Shown: one piece after another, positions 37,879 to 50,378 of the stretch
How the letters are laid out: each line of letters starts with the position of its first letter
Numbering within the stretch: the stretch's first letter is position 1
Assembly (NCBI GenBank): GCA_003344405.1
Contig: NOWV01000015.1
Coordinates: forward strand, 806,001-870,000
DNA length: 64,000 nucleotides
Source of the DNA: Trichoplax sp. H2
Lineage: Eukaryota
Reading direction: 5' to 3'
The notes under the pieces: generated by a model
Database searches by the model: none
Seen by the model: the letters and a program-made list of their open reading frames with translations, nothing else
What the model was told of the DNA's origin: nothing
Program-made: the position numbers and the translations under genes

Positions 37879-40417
37879 TTAATTTTCATCCTTAGTACCA
37901 TGTTTTAAAATTCGGGTGAATGCAATGTAATCAAAATTTCCAGACGAATCGATTGGCGCACCATGAAACATATCGTTTACCTATAATAAAAACCGTCATT
38001 TATCTCATTCCTCGAAATCATTAATTATACGAAATTTAAAAATTGAGGCATATTCTCAATCTTAATAACATCGTTATACCTCATCTTCTGTCATTCTATC
38101 ACCCATGGTCATTAATAACTCGCGAAGACTGAAGAAAGGTTATAAGTTAATAAGTTAAGTTTTTGCATTACTCACATTACTATGTAATCATCGTAGCATA
38201 AGGGCATTAGTTAAGAAATTAAAACAACGAAATTACTCCTAAGTTGATACTTACTGTTCTTCATGAATTCTTCCTTTTCCATCTTCATCAAACAGCGCAA
38301 AGGCATTCCGTATTACGTCCTCCGGATCCGTCCCTAGCATTAGTGTACACCAAAGCAAATGTTTTTAGTTATCGTATCATTGTAACCTTTACCAGTAGTG
38401 AAGCGCCACAGCTATAAATACCATTTAATTTGTCTCCAAACAAAGTCAGAAACATAGTAAAATTGATAGGGCCTGGAGATTCATTGATCATATCTTCCAA
38501 ATACTGGTCAGTTGGATCTTTTCCTATTGTAATGAATTTCAATTTCAAATTAAGCACAGATGAATCTATAACAGTAGCTTAGGCTTGTTAGTTGCTGGTA
38601 CAGTAATACATGATGATTGATATCTGCTATTAATCATACTTCTAAGGAAAGCTGTTACTAAAATGTAGTCCGAATGTAAGGCAAGGATAATATGGTGGAA
38701 TCCCCTCTTATAAATTGCAGTTTTGACTGACTTGCAGAAATAAAATAAACATGATGATAACATATCACATACCTAATGATGCTAACATATCGTGCAAATC
38801 TTCTTTGTCGACAAATCCGTCATGGTTTTGATCGATCATGTTGAAAGCCTAATATAGCAAAGCAAGAGGACTATTAATACAATGGAGATTAAGAAATAGA
38901 AACAAATTAAGGTAATGGTTCACAAATCCTAATTATAATCTACAGAATATATCGTACATTATTCTTGCATATACTGTATGTCAGTAATAATGCAAAAGGT
39001 AGACCTTTAGCTTTTGCAATGCTAGCGCATTAATGAGTCATTTTGCATCATAAAGCCAGAAAGTTTTGACTGAACGCAATACTACTTTAGTACAGAGATC
39101 ATTTATTAGTATGCTTCAATGGAATCCAATGATTTGTGCGAGTCGTCCCTACTAAAAGATACTTAAGGTAGTTTTTTGACTGGAAAGGAATTATCTTGGT
39201 GATTGGTACTTTCAGTCTTATACTATAAATGTTTCTACTTTGATAATAGCAATAGTTAGAATTTATTACAAAATATAGTCGTCTTTTTTTTTAAGGAGAC
39301 CCTGGTCAATGAAGGATATCGATATAACTACAGTATTTATTTTGGCATCCTTCACATAAGCAAACTGCAATGAAGTCATTGGTTAACATTGAACTTTGAG
39401 AAATAAACTTTATTGATATTAGTTCGATTGCTGAAAGAAACTGTAGCCTAATTTTGTCTTTCATATTTGTACATTTCTAGTGGTGTATCATGCAAACTTG
39501 GGTATCATAGAACATTACTGTAGAACTATTTCAAGTCACGTAGCAAACTGAATCCAAAGGCACCAAGACGCGATGAGCACATACAGAGTTTACCTGACTA
39601 AATTAGGTATAGGCGTAAACTGTAGCACTGTCACATATGACTGCGCACGGATGACTTGATACTACTAGTACGTGAGAGTACAAAAGTAAAATGTGATGCC
39701 AAGTTAGCATGATCAGATAAACTATTGGGATAAATAATACCAGGAACTGTAGAATTGCTGCTATTGAATGACTATATCTATTTTTATTCTATATGATCAA
39801 GTATCTTAAGCTATTCCAAGTTGTACGGCACTCCATGTCAAGCAGATAATCGCCATGCAAAACAAACTAATTTTTACGGTCTATTGATTTGTAAGCAGTT
39901 TATTCTATTTGTATATTTGTCGATATATTGAATTTTATTGGTTGTAGATAATACATACCTCCTTAAATTCTTGGATTTGTGTCTGATCGAACATAGCAAA
40001 GACGTTAGAAGTGGCCCTTACGGCTCGCTTCTTCGGTACTTTTCTACCGGCACGACGAGCAGCCTGTAAGAGAAGGCCATTTTAGCATTTTGAATAGAAT
40101 AAGAATAGGATATTCTACATGGAAGTTGCATACTTTAAATCTTTCTCGCATTATTTTCATACAAGCTGAAAGTATTATACAGTACGATACTACATTAACT
40201 GATTGGAGCATAGAGTCGATCGCAGACTGCCATCATCGCCAATGCCAACATAATTAATTAACATGGCGTCGAGGGCGCGGTCCTCGTCAACCAACAACAC
40301 TTCCCTATTGATAATTTGCAACATCTTGTCGCAAGTGATGTTCCGTCCATGCTTTCTATCCTCTAATACTACTCTGTTACAACTTATCACTGCTAAAATG
40401 ATGCTCCAACTTACCAT
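37879..40417 (-). CDS. Myosin II regulatory light chain, non-muscle/smooth type (MYL9/MYL12/sqh-like)
   Basis: ATG-only coding exon (40417-40415, donor gtaagt), then [61 protein letters not shown]|..[58 protein letters not shown]-stop. Confidence 0.97.
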
Positions 40418-41289
40418 TTTCCTAATAACACTGGAATTTTCCAAAGAACAAGGAGTAAAAAAGGCGTCTGCTTCAGTAAATCTGCCAAGCGTAAAAATTG
40501 ATTGCGTCTAGCGTGTCCAAGTTGTATGGTACGGCGCCGTGCCCGTGGAATGATACACTAGTTTGCCCATATATTGTAGAGAAGACTATGAGTGAAAGCA
40601 GGTAGTTCAGTACTGTAGGTGCCAAGAAGAAGTCATGTCGGCGCATGACTTCCGTCCGTAGCCACCACCATCAAACTGAGGGCAGGGACTACTGTGAAGT
40701 CCTGAATCGCACTGGTAGTACCGTGTATGGTCATAGACTTCTAGATACAGCACGCTGTATGAAAACTGGACAGTACTATACCAGGAAAGTTCAGATTTTT
40801 TTTCTCTATCCATTAAGGGGACCGCATTTGACTGAGACTGCGCAATATACTGAGTATTCAGAACAGAGTATTGTATCGTATTGTGCTGATCATTCTTGGA
40901 CGGACAAACATCCCGACCTCTTTTCGTCCAAATATTGTTCTAAACATTTCGTTATGACCCTACTTGAGTATGCGGACGGTCTATACTGAACGGACTGATT
41001 TTTTCTCTAAATTAAGTCATATTACGTTGAATCTTATTATCGATTACTAAAGCTCTGCTTAGGAATACTGTAGTTACATAAGATCGTAAATGTTATTTTA
41101 ATTAGTACCAGTGATTTAGAAAACAGATTGAGAAGGTCCATACTAAGTAGCCATTTTTCGATATTTCTAGCCTGATTGGGTGAGAAGGGTCCGTCTGTCT
41201 GAGGCAGTGATCAGTCCACTAGTAGTGAATTGAACTCGGATCACTAGTCCAGGTTTTCTTCTACAGTAGTGTTCAATACAATATGCATC

Positions 41290-41960
41290 AGGAACAGCTA
41301 CAGTACAGTACTGTACCACTACATACTGTACACTGTACAGTACTGCACCGTACCGACCATCAGGCGGCAGCAGGGATGGGACTGGGAGGAGTGACCGTGT
41401 TGTACTGTTACTGTAGTGTACATGCGCAGTGATTTCTCTACTATGCAGTATGCATTTACAGAAATCTCCAGGTTACAGTATACTGTACAGTGTACACTAG
41501 AGCACAGAAAAACGTGGTAGCAAGGTATGGCTACAAAAAAGTCTTTTTGCTGCCCTTGCTACAAATTGATACTAAAAGTTCGTTTGACTATTTTACCCTG
41601 CAGCCATCCCTGGCTCCTTGCTACCGTACTCGTATTTAGTGTCGTGTTATAATACTGCAGTGGCACCATGTACAAATGTACTGTACATTGTACTGTAGTA
41701 GTAGTAGCTATTATGCCGTGACATTGTGTCACGGCTCACCATACATGAATCATCCAATCAGAATCGGGTTCGCTACCTGCTGCCCTTTTTTATCTGTTTA
41801 CCTCTGCGAGGTTGAACCCAGGACAGGGTTCACGTCTGATGAGCCGTACAGTACTGGAGTGTACGTTGCGCTGTCATTCACTGTATTGTACAGTATTACT
41901 ACTACAGCGTCTATTCATGACATGGTACAACTATGATGATGACGACGACACAGTACACAT
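41290..41960. promoter_or_regulatory. GTAC-repeat patches in the MRLC/PANK head-to-head interval
   Basis: ctacagtacagtactgtacc (41298), tactgtacactgtacagtactg (41324), further clusters at 41470-41500, 41670-41700 and 41845-41905; ccaatcag at 41754. Confidence 0.55.
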
Positions 41961-42150
41961 GCTCACGTTAGCCACTCCTACGGCACATTTCAGTGAAAGT
42001 CATCTGACGTAAAACGGCGAGTCACCCCGAGTAGGTTGTAAGACATTGTTCCAAATCCACTACCGTACTTGACACAGCGTAGAGTACAAAACCAAGCAAA
42101 AAGTTCTATTATCCCTAAACAAGATACACCCAAGATACACCACAGCAAAG

Positions 42151-45100
42151 ATGGCTTCTAGCATGGTACGTCTAATTGATGACTATTTTATTAGGCTACT
42201 TTCATTTTTTCTCACTAATTATGCAAGTTGATGCATTTTAAGCCTTCCTTTTCTATCCTACTTGCCAAGATTACTCCAACTGATGCAAGCACTGCACCGA
42301 TCAACACCGAGCAAAGTCTATCCAATTCCACAGATTTGAATGGCAAGCACATGTCGAAACGATCAAGAAAATTGGACAAGTTAGGTATGATGATCAAGTT
42401 AATAGAAGATGGCAAATAATACTGTTATAGTTTGATAGATTAGTTCACTTTTCCATCTTGAATTTGTAATGGTAACTTGGATGGAAAGAAATCATTAGTG
42501 ACGGAAATTGGTCGAAATTCCATTACAATGTGATTTAGTGAACACTGGGTGTCGTGTCGATCATTTGGACGCTTACTATTTCAAAAAGTTCGATAGGCCA
42601 GTAGATACACAGTACACACTACAGTAGTCAGTGTCTACAGACAGTACTGTACAGTCGAGGATGGGACAATGCGTTTCTACTTACATGGTACAGTAGACAG
42701 TGCTACTATGCCAAAATGCATTCAGCCCAGTGATTGTAGACGATAATGGGATAGTCCACTCAATGGGCCACATGTTATGATAGTCCGTTTTGGCCTCCTC
42801 ATTTTAACCTTAATAATGCTAACTCAGAACTTTAGTGCTGATGCCATTCAACGACCGATTGAAAATTATTTTGCTATACAATAACTACAAATCGACAACA
42901 TTCTCTCCAATTAAATAGTAATCACTATGGCAGACTAAAATGCACCGCACCCATAGTAGAACCTTGTGATCATCGCCATCATAGCCATGCCAGTGGAGTC
43001 GTTTTATTGCCGTCATCCATCGTAGTGAAGTGTGTGTGTGTGTCACACAGCAGTCGGTTGACGCTACTCCTAAACTGAACTGCATCACCTAGAGCGCTAT
43101 GCAAATCTACTATAGCTTAGCCTGGTAGAAACTGATGGCAAGCACGGAACATGGGCTGCAATTCCACAGTACTGTAACTGGATGCGACATCGGTTGATCT
43201 CACCTTGCAAAACATCTTCAGCTCTGCGGTGGCCTACCGTACAGATATTCAGTTCATTCAGTCCAATATCGAGCTAGCATACAGCACCAGTTTGAACAAA
43301 ATTGTAGAATATCATCCCGCTAGCTGTACCTAGCTGATGCATGTCTTGGATCGGAAGTTGTCATTGGTGTACATTGCATCTGCAGATGCAATGTACACTT
43401 GGAGTCAATCTGTGCTGTAGTAAGATACAGGACTACAGTTCTAAATTCCGTCATGATGGGGTGAAAGAGCGTTGGAATCATTTTTGCATTGATTAATAAA
43501 GTAAACTTGTAGTTTTACTAGGTCAAGAAACATTGCCGTCCCAATCTAAATTTCAGTATTTGCCCTACTGTGATATAATAAAATAAATAAATAAACAAAA
43601 ATGCTCTTGAAAAATGGATCGATACTGAATATCCAGCAGTACTGTACAATACTATGATACTGCAACATAAGGAAGTGTGATAGCAATGACTCTTTGGAGG
43701 GGTTCAATCTGTTGATTTTCATACTTGTACATACCGTGGCATATGAATAAGGTATTGATAAATACGATTACTTGCTGTACAGCACAATCTACAGGTCGTA
43801 TAATTAATCAATTAATCTCCTTAATACACCTATTGTCATGCAACGCTACTTGATCACAACGTCGTTAAAAAGGAAGACTGTCCTTGGTGAATCAGGATCA
43901 GACTAAACAAGTCTTGCCCTTCCCAAATACATATCATCATAATCTATTTACGGTTCTATTTGTTTACATTGTGTATTTTAACTGAACGATCATATGTAGC
44001 TTTGATCCAGTGCCTCAAAGACACACTTTTTACGCATATGTCATTACGTACTGTGCTGCATTAAATTACAATCAAATATTGATGATGTTTAGCTATAACA
44101 CCTAAAATGATGATTGCCAATTTAAATTCTCTACTAACATTCAAGAGAAATTAATTTCGTCTATAAATATGATCCTTATACTACTGCGCAAGTACACATA
44201 TTCAAATTTCCACTGATTGGGCAAAAGTCAGCCTAAATTATACAGTACAGTACTATGATTGCAGATAAAATGAATCTACTATTATTTATAATATGTATAT
44301 AGAATTGCAAGTTGTGACAAGTCATGTGATATCAATTTATTTAGCGTTTGCATCATTCCATATAGTATATATTGCACACTACTCAATTATTCAATATTTA
44401 TTCAAAGACACGTCTACGTACATAGACACTGACAAGCGCTTAAGTCTAGGATATATAGAATAATGCTTATTATATGGATTAAGTTAATGTAAAATGTTCA
44501 CAATCATTGTCATATTCGTAACGATGGTTTTAAATAGTGGATAACAACTGAGGCACCATGTAGTTACTCATATTAACCAACAATTTTACCTTCTCCAATA
44601 TGCAGCACCATACTTATTTGGCATGGATATTGGAGGATCTCTCGCTAAGGTTGTATTTTTTGAACCAAATAGTAAAGCGGACGGTGCGGAGAAAAAAAAG
44701 AGGATAGTAACCAAGCACGACTTAACCAGGAATCTCAGCAGCGATTCCGATAACAGTGATGCTGACGATAACTTCGAAATGCTTGCAAACTACGTTTTAT
44801 CCAATCATTACCTAGGTGACAATGGGATTCGTGACCAACGATTAGAAATGCACGATCAGCAATTCCACGGCCAATCTGGAACACTCCATTTTATTCACTT
44901 TCTCACTAGTAGAATGGACGAATGCTTCGAATTTGCCAAAACTTTTCGACTTCCAGATCTATCAGACGTTGTTTGTGCTACTGGAGGTGGTGCATACAAA
45001 TACGAAGGCAACTGTAAAGAGGTATTGGAATTGGATGAAATGAATTGTATTTTAGTTCTTTGTGAATAGTTGACCGCTATGTATTAAAAATCTCTTAATT

Positions 45101-46250
45101 CTTGATGGTTGTTATTCATTGGTGTATGTAAAAATCTCTTTTACTATTAGATACTTGGAATGAAGTTGCGAAAGTATGATGAACTTGAATGCCTAATTAA
45201 AGGAATTCATTACATTTATGCGCATAATCCATTATCAGAATGCTACTTCTGGGAAGGAGTAACGTCAGATGGAAGTAGTCCCAATGCACGTAAAGTACCG
45301 TACGATTTTGGCGATCCTTATCCATACATTGTTGTCAATTTCGGCTCGGGTGTTAGCATATTGGCAGTTCAATCTCCTGATGAATACTATAGAGTTACTG
45401 GTTCAAGGTAACTTTATAACTTTCTTAATTTTAAGATGCATTACTATTTCGTGATTAACCTATATTCCAATTTACTAAAGTATCGGAGGAGGAACCTTCT
45501 TGGGTTTGTGTTGTTTACTTACTGGTTGTGAAACTTTCGAAGAGGCACTACGAATGGCCGAAAATGGTGATAGCACGAAAGTAGATAAACTAGTTCGCGA
45601 TATCTATGGCGGTAGCTATGACAAATTTAACTTGCCAGGAAGTACCGTTGCTGCTAGGTAAACAAACAAGCTGTTTAATACTGCAGTAATGTAAAAGAAT
45701 ACCATTTACAGTATCATGTTACTTTAGTGACACTAAAATTTTGCTATATCAGTTTCGGCCATATGATGCATGAAAATAAACGAAAGCAAATGTCTAAGAG
45801 CGACTTAGCTCGAGCAGCCTTAGTCACAATCACAAACAACATTGGCTCAATTGCTATGATGACAGCACATGCCCAGGTTAATCTCACCTTAATAGCTTTA
45901 TTTAAAATAATCTTTTAACTCTTTATCCCCATAATCGCTTTTACACTTACCATCCAATTTCTCTTATTACTTTTACAGAAAATTCAAAGAATCGTATTTG
46001 TAGGCAATTTCTTGCGTACAAATGATATAGCCATGAAAATGTTGGCCCATGCTCTAAATTATTGGTCACAAGGAACGATGAAAGCTCTATTCTTGGAACA
46101 TGAGGTAAAAAAACTTTACAATGTTATTTTGCTATACATGAAAGAATGTTATAATTTACGTTTTTCTTAAAGGGTTACTTTGGAGCTGTTGGTGCTTTGC
46201 TAAAACTAAGTGATCAAGTCAATACGGAAAAAAATAATAATAAACAGTAG
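42151..46250 (+). CDS. PANK: Type II pantothenate kinase (PANK1-3/fumble-like)
   Basis: Probable exons MASSM| and ..KRSRKLDKL|; core [124 protein letters not shown]; stop 46248-46250. 5' exons less certain. Confidence 0.95.
43367..43398. repeat. Perfect 32-bp palindrome in a PANK intron
   Basis: gtgtacattgcatctgcagatgcaatgtacac equals its own reverse complement. Confidence 0.95.
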
Positions 46251-48500
46251 AAAAATCATCTTGTACTGTAACGATTAATTATCAATTGCTACTCATTTTA
46301 TTGCATTGTCAGTATATCAATTCGTGTTTAAACTTCCGATTGACTCGTTAAGTAATGATATGAATACTGACTGAAAATAGCCTAATTTAGGTGAATTGTC
46401 TACTTCGTTCTATTACAACGTTGTGACTGTTGTAATTTATTCTGGTGTTACAATATACGACTTACTATTTGTAGTACGCTAGTACTGTTCAAGTAACACC
46501 TTTTATACTTGTTAGTGAAAATACATAAAACCAACTATATCGCTTATTAATTAATTCATTAAAGAGTGTAATGCTTATTTTACAACAAACCATTTTAAAT
46601 TTCACGATAAGTACAGATTAATATAGTACTTAATCATCAGTGCTTCGATTAATTAATTATTTAATTATAATCGTCAATAGTGCGGATTGGCGTTTTTGTA
46701 TGGTGTTACGCTATAAAAGTTTCGATTCACATTTTTGCCCATGAGATGTAATACCCATGAGTTAATTACAACAAGCGAAAAAAATTTTACAAATCCAAAC
46801 TGAATTTTAAAGCGACCACTTGTGAACATTGCGCTGCAGAGCGATATCCAACAAATGTTCCACATTACCTTAGCCTACATGATTTAATTTTTGGATGCTT
46901 ATAGATATTGAAATATATGAAATATTCAACTGTAAAGTGAATTTAGCTCTTATTCTTCATTGATTTTATGTAAGTGGTATGGTGAATTATTTTAAATGTG
47001 TACGTATGTATACTACAATAATCTACATGTCAAAAGTTTTTGATTGTCTGTACAATAAAACATTTCTTGTTGAATATTGTGTCTTTTTATCATGATATCT
47101 GATCCGAAATAGTTACATCTACTTTCATTTATCGTTTTGATAACAAAATTAACATTATCATTTCTATAACATCATGAAAGCACGACTGTAAACAGTTCTT
47201 TCAATTTTAGACATTATTGGAACGGACTTATCTACTTTAATTTTGATATCACCTGTTAGATGTAAAAATTGATATGGTAGACTGCTTTCATGATTGATGT
47301 ATGTTGTGCTACTCTTACTCTTAACTAATGCTAACTAATTTAATTCCTTGTGTAACTATGCATAGGTATAATACCGAAACTACTTTATACGTATGTGTAT
47401 TTCACTTGTATGTACACATTACTTTTCCTTGTTGCAAATACTAATACGTGGCTATTGAGGGCTTACATACTGTACTATGCAATTTCCCTTACTAAATAAA
47501 TAAAATAATTTTGCTCGTGTATGTGCGTAAATATGTGTTAATGGTTTTATATCTGCTCTATTAATCTCTCTCTATGCGTATATTTTTGAATTTTGCAATA
47601 TATCTTGTACCTTTAATGACACTATGGCACGTAATTAAATAAACGTGAGATAGGTAGTATATATATTCATATTATTTAATCAATGTGTGTTGGAATATTT
47701 AAGGCTAGTCTCGTAAAATCTGCAACTGCGTGTCTGCAGTACGATTTTACTAAATTGTATCGTCTCTCTAGTGATCAAACAGAGTGATATTTTATCAGTG
47801 AATAGTCAAGAGTTATTTATAAGACGCATGCAATAAATTTACTAAACTTAACGCACATTTGTGCCTAAGAAAGTCAATAAATTGAATATATCGTCTGATT
47901 AAAATTCGAACCATAAACAACTTATCACATCGCAGCATAAATCATTATTTGTTTTTTAATAAGACAGTCCTCTGAAGAATCCATAAGATACGTCTGCATA
48001 TAGTTAATTCTATACTATAGTTTTAGTTTACATACGTTACTCAGACATTCGAATACATAGTTCTCAATCTGTATCTCTATAGAAAGTAAAAAACGTGAAA
48101 AGAATGATAAAACTCTTTTATATATTCATAGAAAGATTGTACTGATTAAAATTCATAAGACAGTTGTGAGTTTTATCTAGAATTTGCTGAATCGATTGAC
48201 CGATATTACGAATACACCTGTAGAACAGAGGTAACTAATTCTACTGCATATATAATTATAATATAATAATCACTGTCCATTGCGGTGGAAATTTATACAC
48301 TCCGAAATAGATAATCTGATCATTAAATTCATCGAAGCAAATATATAACAGAAATATCACAAATCTATAGGTGATGTCGAAAGATTGCAATAAAATTCGG
48401 GGATATGAAAATTGGTAATAAGGTCTAATGGATCATTAGGTATCCCTATTATTAATTATCAATAGAAAATATACAAAGGAAAATATTTAAAAATACTACA

Positions 48501-50378
48501 TCAGAATAATAATTGCTTTTTCAACAACGTTATTTGCTGATCATTAAATTGATATAAACCAGGATAATGTAATCGTTCAATTTCTAATTGTTTCATTAAT
48601 AATTTTATGGCCAATTGGGCGTCTTCTCCTTGCAAATGGAATCGATCAGCTTTTTCACTTTGGTTTAATTTCTTATAATCGGATAAGTAATATGCAGCTA
48701 AATTGAAATGATGGCCTTGCCAGTAACCACTTAAATTTTGATCCTTAGCGCCACATTGAAATCGAAATGAAATTGGCATATAAGCCATCTTACCAGGGAA
48801 ACATCTCTTTCTAACATTTTCCATTAAATCCAAGGGGAAATTTAAATGTAAGTTATCATATTGCAGTATAATTGAGTTGCCATTACGAATGGATGATAGT
48901 ACAGTATTTAAAGCAGATCTCCTAGCATACAATAATCTTTCAAGGCTTATTTCCACAAATTGATACCTTTTAAGACTGCTATCGTATAACTGAGTTTGTA
49001 ATTGTACACTAGCTTTCGATGAACCAACAACCATTAATGTAAATTGGTCGTCATGAGTATGGTTATAATAACGTTCAAGTTGCCTTAAAAAAAATCGAAA
49101 TGCATTAATATTTTCATTGGCAATCATAATAACAATATAAACGTGAACTTTGTTATTCCACTGTAAATCGACAAGATTACATATTTTATCTGTACTACGA
49201 TATTTATATAAATATTCCGAGATGCGATAGAGCGGCTTTCTAAATTTTTCTTTAATGATAATATCGACTAGATAACGACTTCCACGCGCACGATCTGATT
49301 TCTGTTCAACACCATGGACATGAACTAATTCAAATTTCCCTTTATTTTTTTTATTAATATGATTTAGAAGTGATTCAACTATGCGGTAAGCTTCTTCTTT
49401 CTCGAATTCATGAATGGAATTGCTGACATCATTTTTACTGGCGACAGGATTAAATCTTCCATAGATCTGATGCTGAATAGTGGATAAATAATACATAATG
49501 TTCACTACGTTAACACTCCGTTCAGGTGGTACTACATAGCTTGGACGACCATAAGAGCAGAATTTTAATGCTTCATCCAGATAACGTCGATTTAATCGTG
49601 GTAATAAATGGAAACTTTGATTGAATTTAGCAAGTTGTTCTAGCGACTTAATTGCAATCGTTGGTGTTCGAGGAGAAGTTGAATTGACTGTTGGACTATG
49701 ATGGCGTGAAATTTTGATATAATTGGAAGGTAATGAGATAGATCGTCGCGATATAGTATGATATGTATTGGATGGATCAGTTCGAGACATTTTCCAACCG
49801 ACCTTGATAAATCCTCGACCAGTGGCACGTGTATGTAAAGCTTCGATCCAATATTTTCTTCTACTATCTAAACGGATAAAATTGGAAATTTGTTGATGTT
49901 GTTGCTTATTTTGCTTAGATTGGAATAATCGATAGTCGACTTGAGCAATTTTTTTAGCATTATCAGGATTAGTATCGTGACTAAGCCATAGCTCAGCACC
50001 ATCATCAGCAACGATAGCAAATTGATAATAGGATGTCACTTCAGGATGGATATAGCCGAAAATTCTTTGGCCATGACTACCGCCATCAAATTGCGATTGG
50101 AATTGATCAATGGCTTGACAAACGGTTGGATTATGAGGGAAAGTCGATAGTTTTCTTAAATCGCCTATATGATTAAGACAGTTATCGCTACTTTCCCAAC
50201 GATACAAGCATAAATTGCCTCTTGTATTAACTTCTTGAACGTTTCCTTCATGGCATTGACAATAAGGCATTGAAATTAGATCTTGAGCTCGATTAAATTC
50301 TCGCGTGTAGAGTACTATTAAATATAAAATGCCAATCGATAATAGGATAACCAATTTACTCTTACTAATCTTGGTCAT
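48501..50378 (-). CDS. Intronless type II membrane beta-1,4-N-acetylgalactosaminyltransferase 3/4-like protein (PA14 + CHGN/GT7-like domain), 625 aa
   Basis: N-terminal TM anchor; PA14 signature DLRKLSTFPHNP..HGQRIFGYIHP..YQFAIVADDGAELWLS..KYWIEALH; VEQKSDRARGSRYLVD; ENVRKRCFPGKMAYMPI..GYW..QGED..LEIERL. Confidence 0.85.
   Translation of the reverse strand: MTKISKSKLVILLSIGILYLIVLYTREFNRAQDLISMPYCQCHEGNVQEVNTRGNLCLYRWESSDNCLNHIGDLRKLSTFPHNPTVCQAIDQFQSQFDGGSHGQRIFGYIHPEVTSYYQFAIVADDGAELWLSHDTNPDNAKKIAQVDYRLFQSKQNKQQHQQISNFIRLDSRRKYWIEALHTRATGRGFIKVGWKMSRTDPSNTYHTISRRSISLPSNYIKISRHHSPTVNSTSPRTPTIAIKSLEQLAKFNQSFHLLPRLNRRYLDEALKFCSYGRPSYVVPPERSVNVVNIMYYLSTIQHQIYGRFNPVASKNDVSNSIHEFEKEEAYRIVESLLNHINKKNKGKFELVHVHGVEQKSDRARGSRYLVDIIIKEKFRKPLYRISEYLYKYRSTDKICNLVDLQWNNKVHVYIVIMIANENINAFRFFLRQLERYYNHTHDDQFTLMVVGSSKASVQLQTQLYDSSLKRYQFVEISLERLLYARRSALNTVLSSIRNGNSIILQYDNLHLNFPLDLMENVRKRCFPGKMAYMPISFRFQCGAKDQNLSGYWQGHHFNLAAYYLSDYKKLNQSEKADRFHLQGEDAQLAIKLLMKQLEIERLHYPGLYQFNDQQITLLKKQLLF

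Noticed and set aside
45878-45978. miR-103/107-type hairpin in the 3' PANK introns
   Set aside because: These introns are short, AT-rich and have no long stem
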